The notes: generated by a model not told the origin, from the letters alone. 64,000 bases of DNA from an uncultured Planctomycetales bacterium (GCA_964427405.1 CAYRUB010000001.1:80752-144751), one strand, 5' to 3'. Counted from the first letter of the stretch, positions 1 through 10,207 are shown. Translations and numbers: made by a program.

Positions 1-1516
1 TAAACATCAGGGAAGAAAAAGCATCACAGACCTGGCCATTTAACAATATATCCAGCTTTACCAGCTTTGTCGGCAGGTACTCTTTAAACTCATAATCCAT
101 AGAACCATAACCGCGGGTAATCGATTTAATACGGTCATAAAAATCAACGATTATTTCAGAAAGAGGGATCTGGAAAATAACTTTTACGCGATCCTCGCTC
201 AAGTATTCATTTGAAACAAATACCCCCCTGCGGGATTTAGTAAAATCGCATACCGCTTCTATAGAATCAACCGGAACAATCATTAAAAGGCTGGCATAAG
301 GTTCCTGTGCCTCGGCTATATCTTGCAAAGCGCAGAGTTTAATCGGAGTATCCACTTCAATAAGCTGGCCATCTTTAGTTTTTATGCGGTAAACTACATT
401 CGGCACGGTAAGAATAAGATTTAAATTGTACTCGCGCTCAAGCCGCTCCTGAACAATCTCCATATGTAAAAGCCCTAAGAAACCGCAACGAAAACCTGTC
501 CCAAATGACTGGGAATTTTCCGGCTCAAACACAAAAGATGCATCTGAAAGTTTTAATTTATCCATAGCATCGCGCAATTCCGGAAAATCCGCCGGATTAA
601 CCGGATAAATACCGCAAAAAACCAGAGGCTTGACCTTGCGATATCCCGGTAAAGCTTCAGTGCAGGGATTCTTAGGATCAGTAATCGTATCTCCGATAAT
701 TACCTCCCGGGGATCCCGCATGTTAGCGGTAAAGTAACCCACTTCCCCGCAAGTCAAAGAATCTACAGCAGAATATTTTAAATCCTTAAAAACACCCAGT
801 TCTTCAATTTTATAGATCTTTCCCGCGTGAAACATCTTTAATTGAGTCTTAGGGGTAATTTGCCCGTCTATAACTTTTACAAAAACGACTACACCTTTAA
901 AAGCGTCAAAACGACAATCAAAAATTAAAGCCTTAAGCGGTTTTTCAATTTCTCCGCTGGGGCTGGGGATTGTTTCAATAATCCGGTCTAAGATTTCAAT
1001 AACCCCCGTACCTTCTTTCGCTGAAGCCAGAATTATCTCCTCCCCCTTAAAACCCAGAACAGTTTCTACCTGTGACTTGACCTTTGCAACATCAGCGGAA
1101 ATTAAATCGATTTTATTAATTACCGGAATAACATGCAGGTTATTGTCTAAGGCCAGGTAATAATTACCTACAGTTTGCGCTTCTATCCCCTGCCCGGCAT
1201 CCACCACAAGTATCGCGCCTTCACAGGCGGCCAATGATTTTGATACTTCATAAGTAAAATCCACATGACCCGGAGTATCAATGAGATTAAGGATGTACTC
1301 CTTATTGAACTTTTTAGAAAAATAATTCAATCTGACCATAGAGGCCTTAATTGTAATACCGCGTTCTTTCTCCAACTCCATGTCATCAAGCAGCTGATCA
1401 CCTTTATGACGTATATCAACAGCCCCAGTTAGCTCTAATATCCGGTCAGCTAAAGTAGATTTGCCGTGGTCGATATGCGCGATAATAGAAAAATTCCGAA
1501 GCAGCGACTTATCCAT
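1..1516 (-). CDS. lepA: Elongation factor 4 (LepA), partial: N-terminal ~505 aa in window, C-terminus beyond window start
   Basis: Own minus-strand translation from ATG near 1516: MDKSLLRNFSIIAHIDHGKSTLADR..., GTPase motifs and LepA-like body; absent from ORF track because there is no in-window stop. Confidence 0.85.
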   Translation of the reverse strand, partial: MDKSLLRNFSIIAHIDHGKSTLADRILELTGAVDIRHKGDQLLDDMELEKERGITIKASMVRLNYFSKKFNKEYILNLIDTPGHVDFTYEVSKSLAACEGAILVVDAGQGIEAQTVGNYYLALDNNLHVIPVINKIDLISADVAKVKSQVETVLGFKGEEIILASAKEGTGVIEILDRIIETIPSPSGEIEKPLKALIFDCRFDAFKGVVVFVKVIDGQITPKTQLKMFHAGKIYKIEELGVFKDLKYSAVDSLTCGEVGYFTANMRDPREVIIGDTITDPKNPCTEALPGYRKVKPLVFCGIYPVNPADFPELRDAMDKLKLSDASFVFEPENSQSFGTGFRCGFLGLLHMEIVQERLEREYNLNLILTVPNVVYRIKTKDGQLIEVDTPIKLCALQDIAEAQEPYASLLMIVPVDSIEAVCDFTKSRRGVFVSNEYLSEDRVKVIFQIPLSEIIVDFYDRIKSITRGYGSMDYEFKEYLPTKLVKLDILLNGQVCDAFSSLMF

Positions 1517-2171
1517 TTGTTTTACATAACTCCAGCATCTTCTCCACAACCTCTTCTATGGAAAGCTCAGTTGTATCAATATAAATTGCATCCTCTGCCT
1601 TACGTAAAGGAGAAACTTCTCGAGTAGAGTCAATCTTATCCCGGTTAGACAAATCCCTTGCTACATCATCTTCTGCGATATTCTGGTTGACCACTTTTAA
1701 TTCCTTAAAACGCCGGTTCACCCGCACCTTTGCGGAGGCATCAATAAAAAACTTCTTTTCAGCATGGGGAAAAACTACTGTGCCGATGTCCCTGCCCTCC
1801 AAAACACAATTCCCCTTTTTTCCAAGCTCCCTTTGCATTTTAACTAATACCTGCCTAACTCCTTTAATTTTGGAAACATCAGAGACATGCTGCGTAATCC
1901 GCGGCCGGCGTATCTCCAGGGATACTTCTTTATTATCAAGAAAAACGCTTAACGAACCATCGGAGTTACTTCGCAAATCAATATTAGTCTCTAAAGCCAA
2001 TTCATTAATTTTACGCTCATCGGAAATATCAATATTATTATCCAGCGCCTTCAAAGTCAGGGCCCTATACATTGCCCCGGTATCTATATAAAGAAAACCT
2101 AATCTTTTAGCTAAGATTTTGGCTACCGTACTTTTGCCAGCTCCGGCAGGACCATCAATGGCAACAATCAT
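1509..2171 (-). CDS. cmk: Cytidylate kinase
   Basis: ORF track protein MIVAIDGPAGAGKSTVAKILAKRLGFLYIDTGAMYR, P-loop and CMP kinase signature; overlaps lepA start by ~8 nt. Confidence 0.9.
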   Translation of the reverse strand: MIVAIDGPAGAGKSTVAKILAKRLGFLYIDTGAMYRALTLKALDNNIDISDERKINELALETNIDLRSNSDGSLSVFLDNKEVSLEIRRPRITQHVSDVSKIKGVRQVLVKMQRELGKKGNCVLEGRDIGTVVFPHAEKKFFIDASAKVRVNRRFKELKVVNQNIAEDDVARDLSNRDKIDSTREVSPLRKAEDAIYIDTTELSIEEVVEKMLELCKTNG

Positions 2172-2998
2172 CCTAGTTTCTCTCTTTTTTTCTTAGCGGC
2201 TAAAAGAATATTTGTTAAAAGTTTCTTATTCTTTCTTTTTAAGGCAAGTTTTAAAAGGGCAAGCTTTGCTTGGAAGGTTGTTAGGCAAGCCACCAGGTTT
2301 CCACGATTGCTTAAGAAAACCTCACTCCAAAGATTGGCGTCTGAAGCGGAAATGCGCGTAGAATCTTTTAGGCCTCCTGAACTTAAGCTTAAGAATTCCA
2401 TCGGAATACTCCCCATCAAAGAAAAGACAACAGCGTGTGGCAGATGGCTGGTAAACGCTAAAATCTGATCATGTTTTTTAGGGGAAAGAATGACTACCTT
2501 ACTGCCTAGCCTGCGCCAAAGAAGACTGATCTTATTCAAAACCTTCTTATTGGTTTTAGCAGCAGGAGTAACAATACAGATAGAATTGGCAAAAATACCC
2601 TCTTGAAGGTTAGTAACCCCTCTTTTTTCTGAGCCTGATAAGGGGTGACATCCGAGAAAGTTAGGAATAACACGGCTTATTTTATAGACGATTGTTTCTT
2701 TAGTACTGCCCACGTCAATAACTATACAATCTTTCTTTATCTTTGTTGCAATCTTAAAAGCAATATCAATAATTGCGTCGACCGGCGTCGCCAATATAAC
2801 CAGGTCCGCGTCTTTTACTGTTTCCAAAGACGAACCGATATAATCGATAGCCCCAGCCTTTTTGGCCAACCGGACATTTCTCCGGTGCCGGCTTAAACCA
2901 ACAATCTGAGAAACTAAATGTTTTTTCTTTAAGGCTAAACCTAAGGAACCGCCGATTAAACCCGTGCCGATAATTACTACTTTATTAAACAGCTTCAT
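2168..2998 (-). CDS. tyrA: Prephenate/arogenate dehydrogenase
   Basis: N-terminal Rossmann motif VVIIGTGLIGGSLGLALKK; located within aromatic amino-acid gene block. Confidence 0.8.
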   Translation of the reverse strand: MKLFNKVVIIGTGLIGGSLGLALKKKHLVSQIVGLSRHRRNVRLAKKAGAIDYIGSSLETVKDADLVILATPVDAIIDIAFKIATKIKKDCIVIDVGSTKETIVYKISRVIPNFLGCHPLSGSEKRGVTNLQEGIFANSICIVTPAAKTNKKVLNKISLLWRRLGSKVVILSPKKHDQILAFTSHLPHAVVFSLMGSIPMEFLSLSSGGLKDSTRISASDANLWSEVFLSNRGNLVACLTTFQAKLALLKLALKRKNKKLLTNILLAAKKKREKLG

Positions 2999-4013
2999 AG
3001 ATATCTCTCCCCACAGAGTTAGCTATCTTCTTAAGCTCATCCATAAGACTGGAGAATTTTTCCGGGATGAGCGACTGTTCACCATCAGAAACAGCCTCCT
3101 CAGGATGATTATGCACTTCAATAATCAAACCATCGCAACCTGCGGCAACGCCCGCCTTAGCCAGAGCCGGGACCAGTCCCCATTTACCGGCAGCGTGAGA
3201 CGGGTCAACAATAATTGGCAGATGCGATAACTGCTTGGTAACTGGAACCGCGCTTATATCCAAGGTATTACGAGTTGAGTCTTCGAAAGTACGTATGCCC
3301 CGTTCACAAAGAATCACCGAGAAATTTCCTCCGCTTAAGATATACTCAGCAGACATAAGCATATCCTTGACGGTAGAGGCCATTCCGCGTTTTAAGAGCA
3401 CCGGTTTCTTAGTAGCGCCTACCTCTTTCAACAGATTAAAATTTTGCATATTGCGGCAACCAATCTGCAAGATATCTGCGTAACTGGCAACTAAACCTAC
3501 ATCGCGGGCATCCATTACTTCGGTTACCGTAACTAAACCTAATTCATTACCTACCTCCCTAAGCATCTGCAACCCTTCTTTGCCTAAACCCTGAAAACTA
3601 TAAGGAGAGGTCCTGGGTTTAAAAGCCCCGCCGCGCAGTACAGTTGCACCGGATTTTTTTACCTCTCTGCCTATTTCAAACAAACGGTCGATATTCTCAA
3701 TTGAACATGGCCCAGCCATAACCACTAAGGATTTACCGCCGATCTTTACCCCCTTGCCAAGCTCAATTACTGAATCCTCTTTTTTAAACTCACGGGAAAC
3801 CAAACGATACGGAGAAAGTACCGGGATAACTTTTTCAACTCCCGGAAAGACTTCCAGGGGAGTGACACGCAACACATCTTCAGGCCCGATAACCCCGATG
3901 ATTGTCCTCTCTGAGCCCTTAGAAACATGAGGGGTTAAACCTAAAGCCTTTACTTTATCAATAATATGGCTAACTTCTGCCTCGGTAGCTTCCGGCCTTA
4001 AAACAATAATCAT
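2985..4013 (-). CDS. 3-deoxy-7-phosphoheptulonate (DAHP) synthase, Thermotoga-type class I-beta with N-terminal ferredoxin-like regulatory domain
   Basis: Strong similarity to Thermotoga-type DAHP synthase: MIIVLRPEATEAE..., GPCSIE, KPRTSPYSFQGLG, ILCERGIRTFE, DPSHAAG; start moved to internal M14 of the track ORF. Confidence 0.85.
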   Translation of the reverse strand: MIIVLRPEATEAEVSHIIDKVKALGLTPHVSKGSERTIIGVIGPEDVLRVTPLEVFPGVEKVIPVLSPYRLVSREFKKEDSVIELGKGVKIGGKSLVVMAGPCSIENIDRLFEIGREVKKSGATVLRGGAFKPRTSPYSFQGLGKEGLQMLREVGNELGLVTVTEVMDARDVGLVASYADILQIGCRNMQNFNLLKEVGATKKPVLLKRGMASTVKDMLMSAEYILSGGNFSVILCERGIRTFEDSTRNTLDISAVPVTKQLSHLPIIVDPSHAAGKWGLVPALAKAGVAAGCDGLIIEVHNHPEEAVSDGEQSLIPEKFSSLMDELKKIANSVGRDIYEAV

Positions 4014-4057
4014 TAGATTTTCTCCTAGCCCAGAAAGGGCACACCCGCGCAAATCCG

Positions 4058-5155
4058 CTAAGCGCGGGGTGTTAGCACTTTTCTTAAAACGCGGATGAAT
4101 CTTTCGTTTTCTTTTTGAGTGCCGATAGTTACGCGAATAAAATCTTTTAAACCATATTGTTTCATGTCGCGGACAATCACTCCAAATTTAAGCATTGCTT
4201 TAAAAACCTCCAAACCGTCCTTGCCCGTATCAACCAAAATAAAATTAGCCACTGAAGGAAGGAAACCCAGCCCCAGCTTAGATAACTCTTGATAAATAAA
4301 ATCTTTTCCTCCTAAAACCAGCCGGCGTGTCTTCTTAAGGAAATCTTTGTCATCTAAAGCAGCCAATCCCCCTACCTGGGCCAGCATATTAACGTTAAAA
4401 GGCTGCCTGACTCTCTCCATATAAGAAATAAGTTCGCCTTCAGCAATAGCATATCCCAGGCGTAACCCTGCCAAGCCGTAAGATTTAGAAAAAGTCTTAA
4501 GGATAATAACCTTCTTCTTCCTTCTTAGATAACTTAATGAATCCGGATAATCATCCACATCAATAAAGGCATCATATGCTTCATCAAAAACAACCACCAC
4601 TCTTTCAGGCAAGGCATCCAGGAAATCCGCAACTTCATATTTAGTTACATAGGTACCGGTTGGGTTATTGGGATTAGCGATAAAAATCAGTTTTGTTTTT
4701 TTATCCACCAGTTTAAGTAACGCCCCTAGATCATATTTAAAATAACGCAAAGGCGCCTTCTTAATCTTGCGGTCATTAACCTGCGCGATAATCTCATACT
4801 CTAAAAATGTAGTATCAGCGGTAATAATATTTTCATCCGCTTCCACAAAGGTTTTAATCACTGTATCAATAAGCTCATCAGAACCATTTCCAAGGATAAA
4901 GTTCTCCGGCTCAAGAGAAAAATACTTAGCCAGCCTCTTCCTTAGATAAAACCCTTGCGAATCCGGGTAGCGGTTAATTCCGGATAAGTATTTCTTTATT
5001 GCGCTGACTGCTTTAGGTGAGGGCCCTAACGGATTCTCATTAGAAGCCAGCTTAATCACCTCATTTAACCCTAATTGCCGCTTAGTTTCCTCTATGGGCT
5101 TTCCGGCAACATAAGGTTTTATATTTAAAACACTGCTACGTACTAATTCCTTCAC
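4058..5155 (-). CDS. hisC: Histidinol-phosphate/aromatic aminotransferase (class II PLP)
   Basis: ASNENPLGPSP, fold-type I aminotransferase with KTFSKSYGLAGLRLGY Lys motif; sits in aromatic amino-acid block so may act as aromatic aminotransferase. Confidence 0.7.
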   Translation of the reverse strand: MKELVRSSVLNIKPYVAGKPIEETKRQLGLNEVIKLASNENPLGPSPKAVSAIKKYLSGINRYPDSQGFYLRKRLAKYFSLEPENFILGNGSDELIDTVIKTFVEADENIITADTTFLEYEIIAQVNDRKIKKAPLRYFKYDLGALLKLVDKKTKLIFIANPNNPTGTYVTKYEVADFLDALPERVVVVFDEAYDAFIDVDDYPDSLSYLRRKKKVIILKTFSKSYGLAGLRLGYAIAEGELISYMERVRQPFNVNMLAQVGGLAALDDKDFLKKTRRLVLGGKDFIYQELSKLGLGFLPSVANFILVDTGKDGLEVFKAMLKFGVIVRDMKQYGLKDFIRVTIGTQKENERFIRVLRKVLTPRA

Positions 5156-5159
5156 TTTA

Positions 5160-6221
5160 TTATTCTCCTATAGGATAAGAACCTAATATTTTTAAATATG
5201 AGCATTTGCGTTCTAACTCGCTTAATGCCCTCTTAATCTTATAATCATCCTGGTGTCCTAAAATATCTACAAAGAAATAATATTCCCAGGCCTTCTTTTT
5301 TGAAGGACGGGATTCAATCTTAGTAAGATTAACCCCATATTTACGAAAAGGTAAAAGCAACTCATATAAAGCGCCTACACGATCTTTAATTGAGAAAAGC
5401 AACGATGTCTTATCATGGCCTGTACGCGCTGCTACATTCTTGCCCACCACCAGAAAGCGGGTTATATTTTGCAAAGAATCCTGGATGCCAGAAGCCAGCA
5501 CTTTTAAACCATAGGTTTTAGAAGCTAAAAGAGAGGCGATGGCAGCGCTATTCTTCTCTTTCTTTGCCAGTTCAGCCGCGCGGGTAGTACTGGATACATC
5601 CACTAATTCAGCATTAGGCAAATTTTTTTGCAGCCAGATGCGGCATTGGCCAAAAACCTGAGGATTAGAGTAAACCTTACGGATTTTATTCTTCGCACAA
5701 TTTGCTAGTAAATTATGAGATACATTTAAAATCACCTGCGAACAAATCTTTAAATCAGAATCAACCAGCATATCTAAAGTATGTGTCACCGCACCTTCAA
5801 TAGAATTTTCTACCGGGACAACCCCATAATCTGCAGCACCCCTTTCTACCTCTAGGAATACTTCGGGTATACCCCCACAGGCAACATAACTCATCTGCGA
5901 ACCAAACCTTTTTAAAGCTGCCAGGTTACTAAAAGACGCCTGCGGCCCCATATATGCTATCTTTAAAAGTTTCTCCAGAGCCAGGCTGGCGGACATAATC
6001 TCACGGTATATTGCCTCAAGCGCGCTCTTTTTCAGGGGACCTTTGTTTAAAAAAGAAACTCTGCGCAAAACCTGCATCTCCCTTTCAGGCGAATAAATAC
6101 ACTTGCCGGTATTAATTTTTTCCTTACCGATATTCTTGGTTATCTCAGCACGCAAATTCAATAAGTTGATTAGCTTACGGTCAAGCATATCAATTTTATT
6201 ACGCATTTTGTCCAGGGTCAT
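5160..6221 (-). CDS. pheA: Bifunctional chorismate mutase / prephenate dehydratase (P-protein) with C-terminal ACT domain
   Basis: N-terminal CM helix MRNKIDMLDRKLINLLNLRAEIT, PDT domain, C-terminal ACT-like region. Confidence 0.85.
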   Translation of the reverse strand: MTLDKMRNKIDMLDRKLINLLNLRAEITKNIGKEKINTGKCIYSPEREMQVLRRVSFLNKGPLKKSALEAIYREIMSASLALEKLLKIAYMGPQASFSNLAALKRFGSQMSYVACGGIPEVFLEVERGAADYGVVPVENSIEGAVTHTLDMLVDSDLKICSQVILNVSHNLLANCAKNKIRKVYSNPQVFGQCRIWLQKNLPNAELVDVSSTTRAAELAKKEKNSAAIASLLASKTYGLKVLASGIQDSLQNITRFLVVGKNVAARTGHDKTSLLFSIKDRVGALYELLLPFRKYGVNLTKIESRPSKKKAWEYYFFVDILGHQDDYKIKRALSELERKCSYLKILGSYPIGE

Positions 6222-6807
6222 TTTTAGCCTCCAGATTCACTTCAGGTATCGGTTCGATATCAGTTTTTTCTTCTATTTCTTTTGCCATGGCGCTAAATTC
6301 ATCCATTTTAGGAAGGGCATCTAAAGACTTTAAACCGAAATGCTCTAAAAACTGCCGGGTTGTACCATAAACAAAAGGCCTACCAGGAATCTTTTTCCTA
6401 CCGCAGATACGAATCAAATTCTTATCCAAAAGGCTTTTCATTACCCCATCAACGTTTACGTTTCTTAAAGACTCGATCTCCGTCCTGGTCAGCGGTTGCT
6501 TATAAGCGATAATCGCCAAACTTTCAAGAGCAGGCTTAGATAACTTATCGCTAAACCGGCATTTAAAAAGCTTCTTCAAAAATGGAGAGAAAGTTTTAGA
6601 AGCAATCATTTGAAATCCGCCGGCAATCTCGATTACGCGTAAGCCCCTGTTTTGCGTTTCATATTCGCTCTTTAGTTCATCAATACTTTTACGCACACTA
6701 ACTGCTTCCGAAATATCCAGGACTTTCTTTATCTGCTCAACAGTCACCGGCTTATCCGATGCGAAAATTAATGCTTCTACGGCTGATTTTAAATTATTCT
6801 CTTCCAT
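6199..6807 (-). CDS. scpB: Segregation and condensation protein B
   Basis: ALIFASDKPVTVEQIKKVL, winged-helix ScpB signature. Confidence 0.8.
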   Translation of the reverse strand: MEENNLKSAVEALIFASDKPVTVEQIKKVLDISEAVSVRKSIDELKSEYETQNRGLRVIEIAGGFQMIASKTFSPFLKKLFKCRFSDKLSKPALESLAIIAYKQPLTRTEIESLRNVNVDGVMKSLLDKNLIRICGRKKIPGRPFVYGTTRQFLEHFGLKSLDALPKMDEFSAMAKEIEEKTDIEPIPEVNLEAKNDPGQNA

Positions 6808-6809
6808 CT

Positions 6810-7436
6810 TTATTTATTAAGTTGCCTCTGTTTATAAACCAGATTCAATAATTCTTCTGTTGTATTAATCTGTGTATTTGATTCCAGGACCTTTTTAATC
6901 ATGCTCACGGCTTCCGTTCTTTTGTATTCCAACTGCAATAACACATCTAAAGCTTCTTCGGATATACCTTTTGCTGAAGATTTCTCCTGCGTATCGCGAT
7001 CCTGGATTAACCCAAATTTACCCACCTTATTCTGCAGTTTAGCCACAATTTCTTTGGCCCTCTGTTCGCCTATACCGGGAAGTGATTTAAGAAAAACTAA
7101 ATCCCCTTCATCAATCGCCTTGGCAATTAATGAAATGGGTTTATTTAAAGCCTTTAGCGCCGCGCGCGGCCCTATACCTGAAACAGTAATAAAAACTTCA
7201 AAGAAATCTTTCTCCACCTGGCTCAAGAATCCAATCAGTATCGGTATGCTTTTGGCTTGATCAACTTGATAATAATGGTAAGTCAGAAGGGTAATCTTTC
7301 CATCAGAACCGCATGACTCGCTAATGCGCTGCATGACGCAGGCGGGGATAAAAATATCATAGCCTATCCCGCCTAAATCCAGGACTAAATAATTTTCCCC
7401 TTTGTCCGAAATCTTTCCCGTAATCCTAGAGATCAT
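6810..7436 (-). CDS. ruvA: Holliday junction DNA helicase subunit RuvA
   Basis: MISRITGKISDKGENYLVLDLGGIGYDIFIP, GIGPRAALKAL HhH motif. Confidence 0.85.
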   Translation of the reverse strand: MISRITGKISDKGENYLVLDLGGIGYDIFIPACVMQRISESCGSDGKITLLTYHYYQVDQAKSIPILIGFLSQVEKDFFEVFITVSGIGPRAALKALNKPISLIAKAIDEGDLVFLKSLPGIGEQRAKEIVAKLQNKVGKFGLIQDRDTQEKSSAKGISEEALDVLLQLEYKRTEAVSMIKKVLESNTQINTTEELLNLVYKQRQLNK

Positions 7437-7915
7437 ATTTTTGACTTTATAATATAACTATGCGCTATAGCTAGAGCTAATGCGTCAGTAACATCCATAT
7501 AGCGCGGCAAAGTTTTTATCCCTAAGGTATTGGCAACCATCCTCTGAACCTGAGCCTTAGAAGCCAGCCCCTTGCCTACAATTGCTTTTTTTACGCGCGT
7601 AGCGCCATATTCAAAAAAAGGAATACCTTTACTGGCCGCCGCCAGGCAGATAACCCCTCTTGCCTGGCCTAGAATATAGGACGTTGTGGGATGCCGGTAA
7701 TGTGAATATATTTTCTCAAGTACCAAACAATGCGGGTGAGTATCATCAATCAATTTAATAATCCCGCGGTATATTTTATCCAGCCGCTTCGACGTATCCT
7801 CTTTAGCCCGGGTTTGAATTATTCCCGCTTCATGCAAAGCCAAGCAATTTCCTTTGGCCTGAATCACACCATAGCCGGTAATAGCTAAGGCGGGGTCAAC
7901 CCCTAAGATGATCAT
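7433..7915 (-). CDS. ruvC: Holliday junction resolvase RuvC
   Basis: MIILGVDPALAITGYGVI, RNase H-like fold with catalytic D/E. Confidence 0.85.
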   Translation of the reverse strand: MIILGVDPALAITGYGVIQAKGNCLALHEAGIIQTRAKEDTSKRLDKIYRGIIKLIDDTHPHCLVLEKIYSHYRHPTTSYILGQARGVICLAAASKGIPFFEYGATRVKKAIVGKGLASKAQVQRMVANTLGIKTLPRYMDVTDALALAIAHSYIIKSKI

Positions 7916-8667
7916 TCTTCAGAAGCAACCTCATTTAAAATCTCATCCGGTATGTCAAAATTAGCATAAACCTGCTGCACATCATCATGTTCTTCCAGGG
8001 CTTCTATTAAACCCAAAACCTGTTTTGCCTCATTACCTGCGACCTTTACGGTAGAAGACGGAATCATGGTTAATTCGGCATCCTCCCATTTTATTCCTTT
8101 ATCCTGAAGCGCCTGTTTAACCTTTTCTAAATCCTGAACAGAAGTGAAAATTTCATAGACATCATCTTCATGTTTCATATCTTCAGCCCCGGCATCCAGA
8201 ACGATATTCATAAGCTCATCTTCTTTGATTTTATCTTTAGACACTGAAATATAACCCTTTTGAGTAAACATCCAGCTTACCGAACCGGCACCGGCCATAT
8301 TTCCGCCTCTTTTCGACATAATATTACGCAACTCAGCAGTAGAGCGATTTTTGTTATCAGTAAGCGAATCGACTAAAATCGCCACCCCACCTGGACCATA
8401 AGCTTCATACATTACCGCCTCATAAACTATCCCGGGAAGCTCGCCCGTACCACGCTTAATCGCCATCTTCACGTTATCCGACGGCATATTTGCTTCTTTA
8501 GCCTTCTGCATTATCGCGCGCAAACGCGGATTGCTATCAGGATTGCCACCACCATCCCTGGCTACCACAACAAGCTCTTTAATAATTTTAGTAAAAGTTG
8601 CCCCTCTCTTAGCATCAGCTATACCTTTTTTACCTTTATTTGTCTTCCATTTCGAATGACCTGACAT
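7912..8667 (-). CDS. YebC/PmpR family transcriptional/translational regulator
   Basis: MSGHSKWKTNKGKKG N-terminus diagnostic of YebC family. Confidence 0.85.
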   Translation of the reverse strand: MSGHSKWKTNKGKKGIADAKRGATFTKIIKELVVVARDGGGNPDSNPRLRAIMQKAKEANMPSDNVKMAIKRGTGELPGIVYEAVMYEAYGPGGVAILVDSLTDNKNRSTAELRNIMSKRGGNMAGAGSVSWMFTQKGYISVSKDKIKEDELMNIVLDAGAEDMKHEDDVYEIFTSVQDLEKVKQALQDKGIKWEDAELTMIPSSTVKVAGNEAKQVLGLIEALEEHDDVQQVYANFDIPDEILNEVASEE

Positions 8668-8729
8668 AAGTTCCTCCTCTTGGATTTACTAAATAACTGT
8701 TTGATTAACTTAAAACCTTTAACTTTAAT

Positions 8730-9070
8730 GAAGCAGGCAGAATAAGCCGGGTTCTGTCTTGATGCGAGTTTGCGCATCGATTAGTGGCTATTCCTCTCAA
8801 TCAGCGCGTTACCACGCCAACTTTAGCAGTTTACCCGAGATTATTTTCCCGCCTAAGCGGAAACGCGCCGGATCAGCGCTCATCTCCTATTCTACATTGC
8901 TCCACGCAGAGATTGCCGCGTTTCACCTCGCTAGCCTTACGGCCGCTACTCGTCTCTGTGGCTCTAATCCGCATGTTTATTCAACAGGGACGGGGATTAC
9001 CCGTTGCGTTATCCTCTGGAGCCCGGACTTTCCTCCCTATTTACATAGGGCAGCCACATTCTGCCTGCTC
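8730..9070 (-). ncRNA. rnpB: RNase P RNA (bacterial type A), approx ends
   Basis: Minus strand contains P4 halves GGGAGGAAAGUCCGGGCUCC (revcomp at ~9019-9038) and ACAGAACCCGGCUUAU (revcomp at ~8738-8755), GUGAAACGCGG and GGGUAAAC elements, plus P1 pairing GCAGGCAGAAU/AUUCUGCCUGC at the ends; region has no credible CDS. Confidence 0.8.
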
Positions 9071-9074
9071 ATTA

Positions 9075-9491
9075 TCAAAGAGAATTATTCTTTAATGTTA
9101 CCTTGATTGCCTCTGTTGCCAGTTTATCTGCGCAAGTATTCTTTTCCCGCGGAATATGATTAACCATGACTTTTTCAAAACCGCTTAAAAGATGCACTGA
9201 GCGCTCATACAAACCTATTAATCCTTCATGCCTAACCTTATAAACCCTGTTTATCTGCCTGGCAAGAAGCTGACTATCCGTATTAATCTTTAAACTCTTA
9301 GCCTTTAATAGCAAAGCCTCTTCGAGCGCGTATATAAGCGCGGTGTATTCAGCTATGTTATTCGTAGCCTTACCGATATAACTTGAAATTTGTTTGAGCA
9401 ACTGCCCATTGCGGTAAATTACAATTCCCACACCGCTATGCCCAGGGTTACCCTTTGAGGCGCCATCAATATAAATCTCTAAGCAACTCAT
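9075..9491 (-). CDS. rnhA: Ribonuclease HI
   Basis: MSCLEIYIDGASKGNPGHSGVGIV, RNase H catalytic DEDD context. Confidence 0.85.
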   Translation of the reverse strand: MSCLEIYIDGASKGNPGHSGVGIVIYRNGQLLKQISSYIGKATNNIAEYTALIYALEEALLLKAKSLKINTDSQLLARQINRVYKVRHEGLIGLYERSVHLLSGFEKVMVNHIPREKNTCADKLATEAIKVTLKNNSL

Positions 9492-10207
9492 TCTGAAATG
9501 TAAAAAATACGGTTACATACTTCACAAGTAACAATATGCTCATACATCTTAATCAAATTAATCACCTGAGGAGGCACTAACATATGGCATCCGCCGCAGG
9601 AATTATGCACAACCGTAACAATCGCCAGTCCATCCCGGCTGGAAAGTATTCTTTCATACTCAGAGAGCATCTTAGGATCAATTTCCGGAGTAATTTGTTT
9701 TCTTTGCGCTTGCAGCTGATTCAAGCGTTCATCAATTTCTTTTACGCGCAACTCAACCTTTTTCTTTTGCTCAAGAAAACCCTTTTCCTCTTCTTTAAGC
9801 TTTAAATTCTCCTGGTCAATCTGCGCTTTAATTTTATCTGAATCTTCAAATGAAATAAGAATCTTCTCCTCAATTACTGAGCCATCAGCTTTGGCATCGG
9901 CGATCTGCTGCAGCATAGTTTGGAATTCTTTGTTGGTCTTTAAAGAATAGAGTTGGCCTTGCAGTTTCTTTACCGCCTCAGCGTTGGTCGCAAGTTCCAA
10001 CTCTTTTTCCTTGCGCTGTTTTTGCAAATCAAGAGAATTCTTTTCAAGCAGGGCCAAACTCTGCTTTTTAGCTTCAAAAGATAGTTCAATCGCTTTAATC
10101 TCTAAAGGTTTTGCTTCCTTTTCGTTTTCCAAGGCATAAATCTCGCTGTCTAATCCCTGTAGTTTTACTAAACCAATAATCTGCGCTTTTAGGTCTATTG
10201 TAGCCAA
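9488..10207 (-). CDS. Coiled-coil protein with C-terminal C4 zinc ribbon (COG1579 family)
   Basis: Long coiled coil then CGGCHMLVPPQ...CEVCNRIFY zinc ribbon. Confidence 0.6.
   Translation of the reverse strand: MATIDLKAQIIGLVKLQGLDSEIYALENEKEAKPLEIKAIELSFEAKKQSLALLEKNSLDLQKQRKEKELELATNAEAVKKLQGQLYSLKTNKEFQTMLQQIADAKADGSVIEEKILISFEDSDKIKAQIDQENLKLKEEEKGFLEQKKKVELRVKEIDERLNQLQAQRKQITPEIDPKMLSEYERILSSRDGLAIVTVVHNSCGGCHMLVPPQVINLIKMYEHIVTCEVCNRIFYISE

Noticed and set aside
8759-9106. Plus-strand ORFs 8759..9106 and 8784..9095 (115 and 103 aa)
   Set aside because: They lie entirely within the RNase P RNA gene on the opposite strand; low-complexity products; no SD.
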